Assembly (NCBI RefSeq): GCF_030028105.1
Contig: NC_092397.1
Span: 42,660,613-42,724,612 of the forward strand
Direction: 5' to 3'
From: Mobula birostris
Lineage: Eukaryota
Length of the DNA stretch: 64,000 bases
The translations under genes and the position numbers were made by a program. The notes under the pieces are model-generated. The model was not told the DNA's origin. It made no database searches and saw only the letters and a program-made list of their open reading frames with translations. Positions 51,018 through 62,692 of this stretch are shown piece after piece (the stretch's first letter is position 1; each line of letters opens with the position of its first letter).

Positions 51018-51091
51018 CGTCACTGGGTGGGCTCGAACCACCAACCTTGCGGTTAACAGCTGAACGCCCTCACCGATTGCGCCACGGAGAC
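51018..51091 (-). tRNA. tRNA-Asn(GTT), divergent, possibly a pseudogene
   Basis: GTCTCCGTGGCGCAATCGGTGAGGGCGTTCAGCTGTTAACCGCAAGGTTGGTGGTTCGAGCCCACCCAGTGACG; A and B boxes intact, mismatches in acceptor, D and anticodon stems; T-run downstream. Confidence 0.8.
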
Positions 51092-51219
51092 AAGAATATA
51101 AGGAGTACGAATAAATGACGCATTTCAATTGAAATGCAGTTTCCTCTATACATGCATGATGTGACACATTGGTGTTTCAAAACATGAGGATGACTATCTG
51201 CTGCCGCCAACAGAGAATA

Positions 51220-51291
51220 TGGCACAGGATGGTTTCGATCCATCGACCTCTGGATCATGGGTCCAGCACGCTTCCGCTGCGCCACTCTGTT
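51220..51291 (-). pseudogene. Initiator tRNA-Met(CAT) probable pseudogene
   Basis: AACAGAGTGGCGCAGCGGAAGCGTGCTGGACCCATGATCCAGAGGTCGATGGATCGAAACCATCCTGTGCCA; iMet T-loop, three acceptor-stem mismatches. Confidence 0.85.
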
Positions 51292-52094
51292 ACAGGGGTT
51301 ATTAAGAATTGTAGAACTGTGAATGTTGTGCGATGTTTTGTGTGAATGTATGTATGTGTTTATGCCTGTGTCTGTAAATGTCTGGGTCTGGTTCTCTGTC
51401 TGTATATGCCTGTGTCTGTACATGTCATGGTCTGGGTCTGTGCCAGTATATGTCTGGGTCCAATCCGTCTCTTTCTCGTATACAAACTCAAACGTACTTC
51501 ATTTCTTTTGTTCATTCCCTGTTTTTCCTCTTTCTCTTTTTCTCCACCTTTCTTTCTTGTTTCCCCACTTTCTGGCCCACCCGGTTATTATCTCCGTGCC
51601 TTTTATGTTCTATCCCGTCTTGCACCTCGTTCCCGATATTTCACCCGTGAAATGTGTTTTACTTTACTTAATTGTCTAGACGGACAATTCATCCCACTGG
51701 TAGGCTCATTTTTAATAAATAGCGACGTTTTCAGCTGAGGTGCCATTAACTTCCTAATCCTGTCCTGATGATTGAATGAATGTCGGAGTTGCTTCAGTGT
51801 TGAACCCGCAGTTCACCTTGTGAAGCGGAACTCGCGACATTAATGTACTGCAAGCACTCACCTCAAACGCAGCAACTCCTCCACCGGGATTACCTGTTGG
51901 TGTCATGTTCAGACCATCACGGCCGGACCAGTGAGTGACAGATGGGGAGATGTGGAGTATCGCTGATGCTTCGCACCTCCCTGCCACGCGGGGCGGGTTT
52001 TCCATTTCACCACCACAGCTTTGTAGCTGAAACAGTAAGGGTCGGGTTTTAACTCTCCACGTGGGACGGTGTGAAGACAGGCAGGCAATTGCTT

Positions 52095-52530
52095 ATCCCC
52101 TGGTCTGCTGAGTTACTCCAGCATTTTGTGTGTGTTGCTCGGAATTTCAACATCTGGGATTTCCCACCGATTTTTCAATTCACAGTCACCAACCTGGAGA
52201 TGCCGGGGGTTGAACTCCTTGCCTGTCCATCGGCTCCCTCTGGTGCTCCTCTTCCGTTCGCTTTCTTCCATGGCCTTCTGTCCTCTCCTATCAGACTCCC
52301 TCTTTTCCAGTCCTGTATCTCTTTCGCAAAACAACTTCCCAACTGTTTGCTCCACTCAGCCTCTCCTGGTTTTACCACTCACTTGGCTTCATCCTTTCCT
52401 TTCCCCACATTTTAATTCTACCACTCATCTTTTTATTGCTCCAGTCCTGCTGAAGGATCTCAGCCTGAAACGTCGACTGTTCTCTTTTTCATAGATGCTG
52501 CCTGTCCCTCCAGCATTTTGTGTGTGTTGA
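52095..52530 (+). mobile_element. Penelope-like pLTR with direct-repeat ends and hammerhead motif (52442-52478)
   Basis: ccagcattttgtgtgtgttg at both ends; CAGTC-CTGCTGA-AGGATCTCAGCCT-GAAACGTC-GACTG. Confidence 0.7.
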
Positions 52531-52596
52531 TCCGTGTCTTCTATCTCACTTGGCAAACCGGTGAATCTGCTTCCTCATAACATCTCCCCAAATTTT

Positions 52597-53277
52597 TGAT
52601 TAGGTTAGATTATGAGGACACTCCGTCCTCGTTTATGGTCATTTAGTAATGCCTGCGTTAGGAAATGATACAATGTTCCTCCAGTATGATATCACAGAAA
52701 CACAAGACAGACCAAGACTAAAACTGACGGAAAAACACATAATTATAACATACATGTATAGTTACAACAGTGCAAAGCAATACCGTAATTTGATACAGAG
52801 CAGGCCATGGACACGGTAAAAAAAAGTCTCAAAGTCCCGATAGCCCCATCATCTCACCAAGACGGTAGAAGGATAAAAAAGTCTACCTGCCATGAACCTC
52901 CAGCGCCGCAAACTTGCCGATGCAACACCCTGGAAGCATTCGATCACAGCCGATTCTGAGTCCGTCCAAAAACTTCGAGCCTCCGATCAGCCCTCCGACA
53001 CCGAGCACCGGGCACCATCTCCGCCGAGAGCTTCGACCCTGGCCCCAGCCGCCAAGCAACAGGCAAAGCTGAGGATTCGGGGCCTTCCCCTCTGGAGATT
53101 CTGGATAGCGCGGTAGAGCGACAGCGAAATAGGCATTTCAGAAGTTTCACCAGATGTTCCTCTGTGCTTCTCACGTCCGCCTCCATCAAATCAGGATTGT
53201 GCACGGCACCCTATTTGACAGATTACAGATATTCATTCCGGAGTGAGCACTGCGTGCTGCGTCGTGCAGCCATCTTC
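52597..53277 (-). mobile_element. Non-autonomous LINE-tailed retroposon-like element
   Basis: Minus strand begins AAGATGGC, has a CpG-rich body, and ends in a GAGGAC/GTCCTC hairpin plus (TAATC)-like tail. Confidence 0.5.
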
Positions 53278-53539
53278 TCAGCTTTTTAAGTAGATATTCT
53301 GAAAAATGTTCTTATGTTGTAAAAATAAAATTCGGATTGATTAATTCAATAAAAGCTATTAACACATACCAAAACCAGCCACAGAAAATGTAATTAAAGT
53401 ACCTTTTTTGATTTACGAAATTGACCCTTTCCCTCCCAGAGGCAGACTCTTGATATGAGTTGTTTCTCTGGTCTGGGAATGAGTTCCCAAATATTAAATT
53501 GAAATTATATCTGCTGGTGAATCTCACACCCGCACAAAC

Positions 53540-53582
<43 letters not shown>

Positions 53583-53588
53583 GCACAT
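53540..53588. repeat. (CA)n microsatellite
   Basis: About 19 pure CA units. Confidence 0.98.
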
Positions 53589-54019
53589 TTACGCTGGAGA
53601 ACTGAAAGTGTAAATGTAACAAACACAGAGGGGATGTTAAAAAAAAGGTCTGGAAATACCTCAGAGGACCTGTCTAAATATTCGTTGCATGTGGAGATCA
53701 ATAAATACGCGATGGTCATAACCTCCCGGCAGCGTATTATGCCTTTCAAGAGACGGTGCTGTGGAAGACAACAACGTAAGAAGCAGTGGAAACATTTTTA
53801 GGTAGTTGAGCTATCACTGAAGTAGCGTTATAGGAGTGAGTTGATAAACTCAGCTCACGAGATTAAATGAAAGAAGTGAGAAGGGAATCTATGGCAAAAG
53901 CCAAGTGAGAGCGCAGTGCGGATGGTGAGGGACGAGGGAGCAGCAGCGAGGGAAGGATGAAGAGGGAAATATAACTTCCTCAATGTTATCATTTCAGATT
54001 CTCTCTCCTGGGCCCGGCA

Positions 54020-54635
54020 CATACCTCCTGTTACAAAGAAGGCACGGCAGCGCTCTACCTGTCATCTAAAAGTTTTTCAATAGATGTGTGGCGGAGAAGA
54101 TATTGACTGGTGGCAAGAGGAGCTGGCATGGAACCACCAGTGTCCTTGTACGGAAAAGCCCAGAAAGCGTAATGGATGGAGCCCAGTCCGGCACAGTTAT
54201 GTCCCTCCCCACCGCTGAGCGCATCTACACGGAATAGAGGGCCGCGGCCATGCAGATCATACTCTCTTCACACAGCTCCATCAGGAAGGAGGTAACACAT
54301 CAACAGGTCCATCACCCCGCAACCATCAGACTCCTGAAGAAGAATGGATAGCTTCATTTACCCAACACTGAACTGTACCCACAACCCATAGACTCACTTT
54401 CAAGTCTGTTCATGTTCTCGACATTTATTGATTAATTATTTATTATTAATATTTTGTTTGTTCTTTATTGTATTTGCATAGTTTATAGTCTTTTGCACAT
54501 TGCTCGTTTGCTGTCCTTCTGGAGTGCGGTCTTTCATTGATTCTCTTGTGTTTCATTGTATTTACGGTGGATGCTCATGTGGTCACAAGTATATACTTCG
54601 GTAATAAATTTAGTTTAATCTTTCAACTTTGAACC
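54020..54635 (+). mobile_element. Old Rex1-like 3' fragment
   Basis: aagaaggcacggcagcgctctac start; AATAAA and tttcaactttgaac tail as at 37355-37385. Confidence 0.55.
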
Positions 54636-55188
54636 TTAGGGAGATGAATCCATTTGATGAGACGCGGACGCTGTTTCACACTGTTGGGCAGGAGGTGAAA
54701 AGATTGGCGCAGACCCACAGCTTTATTCTCTGGGACCGGATTGTGCAGATGACTGCACCGAATGGAGTGCATTATCTACGGAAATAGAGACAGGAATCTG
54801 TGGCATTCATTGCTGAGGAAGCCCAGTAATTTGGTATATTAAAAACGAGCGGCTCCGGAGGTAAAGTTACTCGGTCTATTTAAAGCGGACGGAGGTAAGT
54901 TCCTAAATATTAAGAGTGTCACGCATTATGGGAAGACCGCAGGAGAACAGGGTTGGGAGGGATAATAAATCAGCCACGATCGAATGGAGGAACAGACTCC
55001 ATGGGCCCAATCACGTAACACTGCTCCTGTGTCTGATGCTGTTATTGACTGATAGCATTGATTCTGAGATACTGTATTCATGTGGATCATTGTGTCCAAT
55101 TGTTCAAAGAAGATTTAATCAAACTAATCAACTGCAGTAATGAAACTGAATTAACATTACTTCTAGGTAAACTGTGCACTAAACCTCT

Positions 55189-56575
55189 GCACTATACCAG
55201 AAACTGGCAGTTACAGATTGAACCCCACACTCAGTTTGTACCAAAGACTGATGGATACAGAATGAACCCCACACTCTAACACTGTACCAGAGACTGACAG
55301 GTACAAAATGAACCCCACACACTCACACTGTACCAGAGACTGACAGGTACAGAATGAACCCCACACTCTCACACTGTACCAGAGACTGACAGGTACAGAA
55401 TGAACCCCACACTCTAACACTGTACTAGAGACTGACAGGTACAAAATGAACCCCACACACTCACACTGTACCAGAGACTGACAGGTACAGAATGAACCCC
55501 ACACTCTCACACTGTACCAGAGACTGACGGGTACAGAATGAACCCCACACTCTCACACTGTACCAGAGTCTGACAGTTACAGAATGAACCCCCAGTCTCA
55601 CACTGTACCAGAGACTGACAGGTACAGAATGAACCCCACACTCTCACACTGTACCAGAGACTGACAGGTACAGAATGAACCCCACACACTCACACTGTAC
55701 CAGAGACTGACGGGTACAAAATGAACCCCACACTCTCACACTGTACCAGAGACTGACAGGTACAGAATGAACCCCACACTCTCACACTGTACCAGAGACT
55801 GACAGGTACAGCATGAAACCCACAGTCTCACACTGTACCAGAGACTGACAGGTACAGAATGAACCCCACACTCTCGCACTGTACCAGAGACTGACGGGTA
55901 CAGAATGAACCCCACAGTCTCACACTGTACCAGAGACTGACAGGCACAGAATGAACCCACACTCTCACACTGTACCAGAGACTGACAGGTACAGAATGAA
56001 CCCCACAGTCTCACACTGTACCAGAGACTGACGGGTACAGAATGCAACCCACAGTCTCACAGTGTACCAGAGACTGACAGGTACAGAATGAACCCCACAG
56101 TCTCACACTGTACCAGAGACTGACAGGTACAGAATGCAACCCACAGTCTCACAGTGTACCAGATAATGACAGGTACAGAATGAACCCCACAGTCTCACAC
56201 TGTACCAGAGACTGACAGGTACAGAATGAAACCCACAGTCTCACACTGTACCAGAGACTGACAGGTACAGAATGAAACCCACAGTCTCACACTGTACCAG
56301 AGACTGACAGGTACAGAATGAAACCCACAGTCTCACACTGTACCAGAGACTGACAGGTACAGAATGAAACCCACAGTCTCACAGTGTACCAGATAATGAC
56401 AGGGACAGAATGAAACCCACAGTCTCACACTGTACCAGAGACTGACAGGTACAGAATGAAACCCACAGTCTCACACTGTACCAGAGACTGACAGGTACAG
56501 AATGAACTCCCAGTCTCATCTGCACCAGAGATTGACAGGTACGAAATGAAACCCACACTCTCACACTGTACAGAG
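55189..56575 (+). repeat. 46-bp satellite, about 30 copies
   Basis: Unit cactgtaccagagactgacaggtacagaatgaaccccacactctca. Confidence 0.98.
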
Positions 56576-56677
56576 ACTAATGTGTACAAATGTTTTTGAC
56601 CTGCCTGTTTTGTGAAACGTACTCAAATTTACTGCTAAACCCTGCACCATTCCTCCTTGTTACCTCTTGAATAAATT

Positions 56678-56925
56678 CACCCATCACGTGAACGTGACTC
56701 GTCTCTGCCTTTCTGAAATGAGATTACACTGTACCTCTGTCCTCTCAAACTGAATGCAATCCACCCGTCAGGTGACCGTGACTCGTCTCTGCCTTTCTGA
56801 AATGAGATTACACTGTACCTCTGTCCTCTCAAACTGAATGCAATCCACCTGTCAGGTGACCGTGACTCGTCTCTGCCTTTCTGAAATGAGATTACACTGT
56901 ACCTGTGTCCTCTCAAACTGAATGC
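56678..56925 (+). repeat. 84-bp tandem repeat, 3 copies
   Basis: Units start at 56678, 56762 and 56846. Confidence 0.95.
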
Positions 56926-57639
56926 GAACATTGCATTTGCCTCCTTACTCCCAACTCAGCATATGGGGAATCCTGCACAAGGACACCTAACTCCATTTGT
57001 ACCTAATGTCTGAATCTCCTCCTTATTGAAAAATCAGTTAACAAGAAAATATATTATTTGTAAAATAATGCTTAATAATGGACTACAACATCATGTTAAA
57101 CACTGGAATCAGGCCATATGGCTGTTGCCCCCTTCCATTCTTCGAAAGGTAGAGAGAGAGTTTCAATTTTCCACTTTCCGGAAACATTTCTGAATCTAGT
57201 GATTCTTGAAAAGACGCAACTAATGCTTCCACCATCTGTTCAGCTACCTCTTTCATATCTCTGCAATGAAGTCCATCTGGCCCAGATGATTCCGCTTCCC
57301 AAGCGCGTTAGCCTGTTCAGTGATGGGAGGCGACGGGACGACACAAAGTGACTGGGGCGTCGAGGCGAGGAACAGGTGGATACGCGGGACAAAATTGTTC
57401 AAAAGACTGGGGAATGTATCGCCCCATGATTAACTCGGTTGTCAGATACAGATGCAGACAAGGTGTCTCTGGACATGGAGAACAACGACCTGCTCCTTCT
57501 TTCTGCAGAAAGTGTTATTAATAGCCAGCGGTGGAATGAGAATGATGTGCCTACATATTTTGACAGTTTTGAGGATTTCGCCCTCTGTGATAGACTGGGA
57601 CACGAGTGTGCACCTTGATACACCAGGGACGAGGGACGC

Positions 57640-58330
57640 ATGATGCTTTACTCATGCAAAGAATGCAAACAATACTTAAAGGGCAAATTAGGAGAGGAAA
57701 GGAAAGTATAAGTTTGCTTTGGCAGACAAGGGGAAGGAGAATCCCAAGGGCTTCTACAGATATATTGAGAGCAAAAGGATAGCAAGGGACAACATTGGCC
57801 TTCACGATGGTCAGCGTGGTCATCTGTAAATGGAACCAAAGGAGATTAGGGAGAACGTAAAAGATTTTTTTTTACTTTAATTTTCTCAGGAAACGGACGC
57901 ACAATCTATATAACTAAGATAAAACATTAGGGAGGTCATGGGAAATACTCTGATTGCAAAAGAGAGGGAAATTGGGGTGTAAATACTTCATGGCCTCGTA
58001 AGGTATCCCTTTGTCCTTGTTGAAGGTTAGTGCAGAAATAGCAGGAGCCATCGCAGGTATATTTCAAATATCCTTAACCACGGGCGATGTTCAGAAGGTT
58101 TGTTGTTCTGTTGTTTAAGAAAGGTTCCTTGAAATTACAAGCCGCTGACTCTGAAATCAGCAACGGGTAAATAATTGAAATATTCTCGAGAACCAGACAT
58201 ACACAGTACATATATATTTGGATAGGCAGCGCCTGATTAGAGACAGTCAATATGACTTTGTCCATAATAGCTTGCGTTTAACCAGTCTAATAGAGTTTTT
58301 CGAGCAGCTTACAAGGGGAGTTGATGAGGA
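57640..58330 (+). mobile_element. Old CR1 ORF2 fragment
   Basis: ENPKGFYRYI; LIRDSQYDFV...LTSLIEFFE. Confidence 0.65.
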
Positions 58331-58880
58331 AGACTGTCATACTGGATCTTTGGAACTAAGCGCTGTAGCAAGCAGACTCAGAAGGTTTAAACAAAACTAG
58401 GAATGTTATTAACAGAAGAGACAAAGCAGCAGAACTTATAAGGTCTTTGATAGCTCAGAATAACTCGGCTGGAAATTCACTGGGCAAGGATCAGAGCCAA
58501 CTGATGCCCGAGAGATTAGCGCTGCCATTTTACATACGCTGCAGGGCAGTAAAGAATTTGTGCCCAGCTATATAAAACCCCTGACTCTTGAAAAGCTTCC
58601 AAGAAGCCATCTTGATAAGTCACAAGTCCAAGGACACTTAATTTAACACCTGAAAAGTCTCGAGGACAACTAATTGGAAGTATACAAGAACTATTGCAAC
58701 TTAGTGAGATTCTCTCCTCCAAAGCCCCAGAGCTCAGGGTGAAAGTCACCGACCTGAAACGTGAACTCTGATTCTCCCTCCACAGACGCTGTCTGAGCTG
58801 TGGAATATTTCCGGCAGTTTCAGATTTTACTTCAGTAATAGTCCTGTTTTCTCCGACCCCGGGATCAATACACTCCCCAT

Positions 58881-59270
58881 CGTCATGATCCGGTCCCTGT
58901 CGTCCGCATTCCGGTTTACAGTCCGATCTATCGATCCTTGTTCCGGGTTTTCCTCTTTTCTCCCTTGTTCTGTTGGATGCCTTAATTGAGGCACCCGATT
59001 CTCATTTCGGTCTGGCACGTAAATACCTCTGCAAACCAGGGATTGTTTGCTGGACTGTTCCCTTCGCTTCCTGCCTGAAACCTTCGCCTGCATCCTCGTC
59101 AGTATCCCCATCAAGTTCAACTGCCGGAGTGAGACCAGGGCATTGCTGCGCCAAGAGAAGGAACTATCTATCGTTGAGTTCGGAACTGTCTCTTTTTGTC
59201 CCCGTGTTTAGTGTCCGTGTTCTGTGTCCGTGCTCCCTTTCTGCTGCCGTACTAGATACAATATGTGACA
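58881..59270. mobile_element. LTR-like solo element
   Basis: CGTCATGATCCGGTCC...TGTGACA; first 140 bp or so homologous to 62693-62840. Confidence 0.5.
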
Positions 59271-59741
59271 AAAGCTTCTCTTTCATACTATTCATTTTCA
59301 TCATATCATTACACAGTTCCTTGAGAGAGAACAAGGTAAATCAATAATAAAATGCAGAATAAAGTGAAACAGCGACAGAGAAAGCTCAGTGCGGGTAAAC
59401 AATAAGGTGGAGTGTCATAACAGGTAGATTGTGAGGTCAAGCGTCCATCTTTTTCACAAGGAAACCATTCAGTAGACATAACAGCGAGATTAAAATTATC
59501 CTTCAGAATGTGGTACGTGTTTCCTTTTCCGTGATCATTCTGCTGGAGTCTAATTGGTTTCATTCCACAAAAATTATCATGGTGTCTGGGAAGAGAACTG
59601 AACAAGGATCAAGTATGATCGCACTGGATGGTGGAGCAGACTCGGGGCCGAATGACTGTGGCCATCAGCCAGCATCTGTGTTGCACTGCTCAATTGTGAT
59701 ATGCAGGACGGTTTGGACCCGAACACTTCTGTATTTCAAGT

Positions 59742-59813
59742 GGGGATGTAGCTCAGTGGAAGAGCGCATGCTTTGCATGTATGAGGTCCCGGGTTCAATC
59801 CCCGGCATCTCCA
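59742..59813 (+). tRNA. tRNA-Ala(TGC), intact
   Basis: GGGGATGTAGCTCAGTGGAAGAGCGCATGCTTTGCATGTATGAGGTCCCGGGTTCAATCCCCGGCATCTCCA; G3:U70, A and B boxes, TTTT 59831-59834. Confidence 0.97.
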
Positions 59814-60904
59814 CGCTAGTGAGCATTGGATTTTGAACAAAGCTCAAACCTAATCGTCAGGTTTGCAGTCAGCACAATGATGCGTTGAGTCTCAACGTGG
59901 ACAAGACTAAAGAGACGATTCATTAGGCCAGGGGACCGCTCATTACTGCAAATAAACGGCTCCTCAAGAGAGAGAGAGAGAGTGGACCACCAAACCCGCC
60001 CTCTGAACGCCACAGAGAACAGGAAGAAAGGGCACCGGTGTGTCCACTTCCTGGCTTCAGTGAGACTTCCTCAACCCCTCTTCTATCTGTTTTTATTTCA
60101 CAGGAGCATCATTGAGCGAGCTCTAACCACTTGCTAAACCGTCTGGTACGAGAATCGCAGGACATCCGACGGCAGGACTCTACAGAGGGGAGAGAGGACT
60201 GCTGACAGCAGCTCACTATCACATTCAGACCCAGTGATTTGCGGACTATTGAAAACTGACGGAATTCGACCTTCATTCGATCATATGGACGGATTGGGAG
60301 GTGAACGAGACTCGGGATTGGACAAATTAAATCTTGGAGTGTGGGTGTATTCTCCGCTGCACCTCAGACTGCGGTCGCTGCTCGTTACGTCGGAGACTGA
60401 CCGAAATAGCAACAAAAATGGAGGAGAAATTCAGCGGGCCAGGCGGCATCTCCACAGGAAACATCGACTGTTTACTCTCCCCAGAGATGCTGTCTGACCT
60501 GGCGATTTGCTCCGCATTCTGTGCTTGGGATTTCCAGCACTTGTGTTTATAGCCTAAATAACAGCCCGCTGACAGAGAGAAGGAAGGCAAGGAGACACAG
60601 AGGGAGATAACCAGTGTGTCTGACTGCAGGGCCGTAGGAATAGGGCCAGAATGATAATGAAAATCAGGTCCGTTGCTGAAATGTCGGGGACGTGATACCC
60701 GGCTGGGTCGGAGCACAGAGACCGGATGGGGTAGGAAGTGACAAAAAGGGAAAGGAGGATGGGGAGGAAGGTAAAAACGTGAGAGAGACACGAGGGAAAT
60801 TAGACAGGGAAAATCATCCAACCAACAAAACAATAGATAATCGGGGGAAAGCGTCAAAATTAACAAATAGAAAGACTGGAGAAGAACAGAGATATTTACC
60901 TACC

Positions 60905-60976
60905 AGCAGAATGGCGCGGCGGGGATGTGCTGGGCCCGTTATCCAGAGGCCGACAGATGGAAACCATCGTCTGCTA
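60905..60976 (+). pseudogene. Initiator tRNA-Met pseudogene (anticodon CGT)
   Basis: AGCAGAATGGCGCGGCGGGGATGTGCTGGGCCCGTTATCCAGAGGCCGACAGATGGAAACCATCGTCTGCTA. Confidence 0.85.
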
Positions 60977-61560
60977 TTCTTCAGCAGAATATTTTACCGC
61001 AAATCGCCGTCACGTCATTTGTGTAGACAACACACATTTAACTTAAACAGAAAAACTTGTACTTCTAACTGAAACTTCCGTCCACTCACTTCACCACTTT
61101 CTGAGATTTGTTGACAACTTCGCGGGTAAAACGACAATTGCTGTTGTGCTCAGCGTTTGTCCAACACATCTTGTTCTCCGCTGCATGAAGCTGTGTCTGG
61201 TATTGAACAGATTGAACAGAAAATACTGGAAACACTCATCACCTCAAGAAACATTTGTGAGTGATGAAACGGGATTAACCTTTCTGATCGTGACACTTAA
61301 TTAGAAATGATGAGAGAAGAAGATAGTTTTCAGTGTCAAAGAGGGTGAGAAGATGGGTGGGAAGTGAAAAGGGGGACATCTCTGATAGGGCGAGACCAAT
61401 ACACGATGACGGTAAGACAATTCGGAGAGAGAAACACGGCTAAAATGACAGACGAACTACTGGCAGAAATGTTCATTTCATAGAGAAAGAAGTGATGTAG
61501 CTGAGTGATTCCAGGCAGAGACGTTTATGAGACAAGTGCTGAAAAACAGGTACAACTCAC

Positions 61561-61632
61561 GGCCATCGCCTGGAATCGAACCCGGGTGAGCTGTTTGAAA
61601 GGCAGCTGTGCTCATCCCTATACCACTGTCGC
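61561..61632 (-). pseudogene. tRNA-Gly(TCC)-derived pseudogene (anticodon TTC)
   Basis: GCGACAGTGGTATAGGGATGAGCACAGCTGCCTTTCAAACAGCTCACCCGGGTTCGATTCCAGGCGATGGCC; B box intact, acceptor stem broken. Confidence 0.85.
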
Positions 61633-62692
61633 TCCATGTTGCGGGAGTTTCGAGTAGTGAAGCGGCTCCCATGCTTCCATGTAATTCCACCAGACCCCGA
61701 TCTGTCGGATCAATCCTCACTCTGCAGCAGGTTTTATTGCGGCCAGTTGATATCGCCATCTCAAACACACGGCAGTTATACAACAGCCAATGAACATTCA
61801 CCAGCGATCAGACTGAATGAGAGCCGAACTCTCAGAGAGTCGGAAGAGCTGCAAATGGTGCCTGCCTCACGCATCAGCAAATGGGAAAACAAATTCTGAT
61901 CGTGCTTGTTCTTAAGAAAAGCGGATGAATATGTAAGTGTGAGTTAAGTTTGGGAATAAATAAAATAACCACCAACATTGCTGGGATTATACTGTAATTC
62001 TCTCCATAGCTGGTAGAATTTTGAGGAGCAGATCTGCTAGTAAATCACACAGAAATGTCATATTGTAGATAGGGTTACAGCAATCAGACATTTAAATTTC
62101 TCCAAATTTAACCAGATCATTTTTTGTGCAAGATAAGAAATGGAATTTTTGAAGTGCATCTGGAAGAGTATTTTTGTTCCTGTCCATCGATAGTCCTATC
62201 GAACTAGGTTAGGAAATTCACTCTGTAACTTGTAAATACAGTAATCAAAACTCGCACTTTATTGTCTCTGCATAAACAACATCATAACTGTGTCGACACC
62301 GGGCCAACAACTTAGAACAGGAATTCTGGTGTTCCCGCTACACCAATACTCACTCAGACTAATTTTCTCATCTATATCACCAAACTGGGGCATCTCAGTT
62401 GGCCAAATGATCCATCCTTTCTTCTCCCAGTCACTGACTTGGGAGTTCTCCCTTGCGATGTTGGGTTTCTGGAAAGAGTAATTGCAGCTAGCACATTCGA
62501 AGTTTCCACTTTTATATTCACATTTTCCAGTTCAGTTATCCCATTCCATTGTCATTGACTGTAGGCCATCTGATTGGCTTGAATTCTCCTTTCTGTTGAC
62601 TCTGCTCCAGGTCAGCATCCATTTATTGCCCTCTTCTCAGCAAGCGTCAATCGGTAATTTATGGCTCTTTGTTCCCTTCAGGAACCAGTTTG

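Noticed and set aside
55189-56575. CRISPR-like array of palindromic repeats
   Set aside because: Units are contiguous with no unique spacers, there are no cas genes, and the context is eukaryotic.
55211-56931. Repetitive Cys/Val-rich ORFs
   Set aside because: Translations of satellite and tandem repeats.
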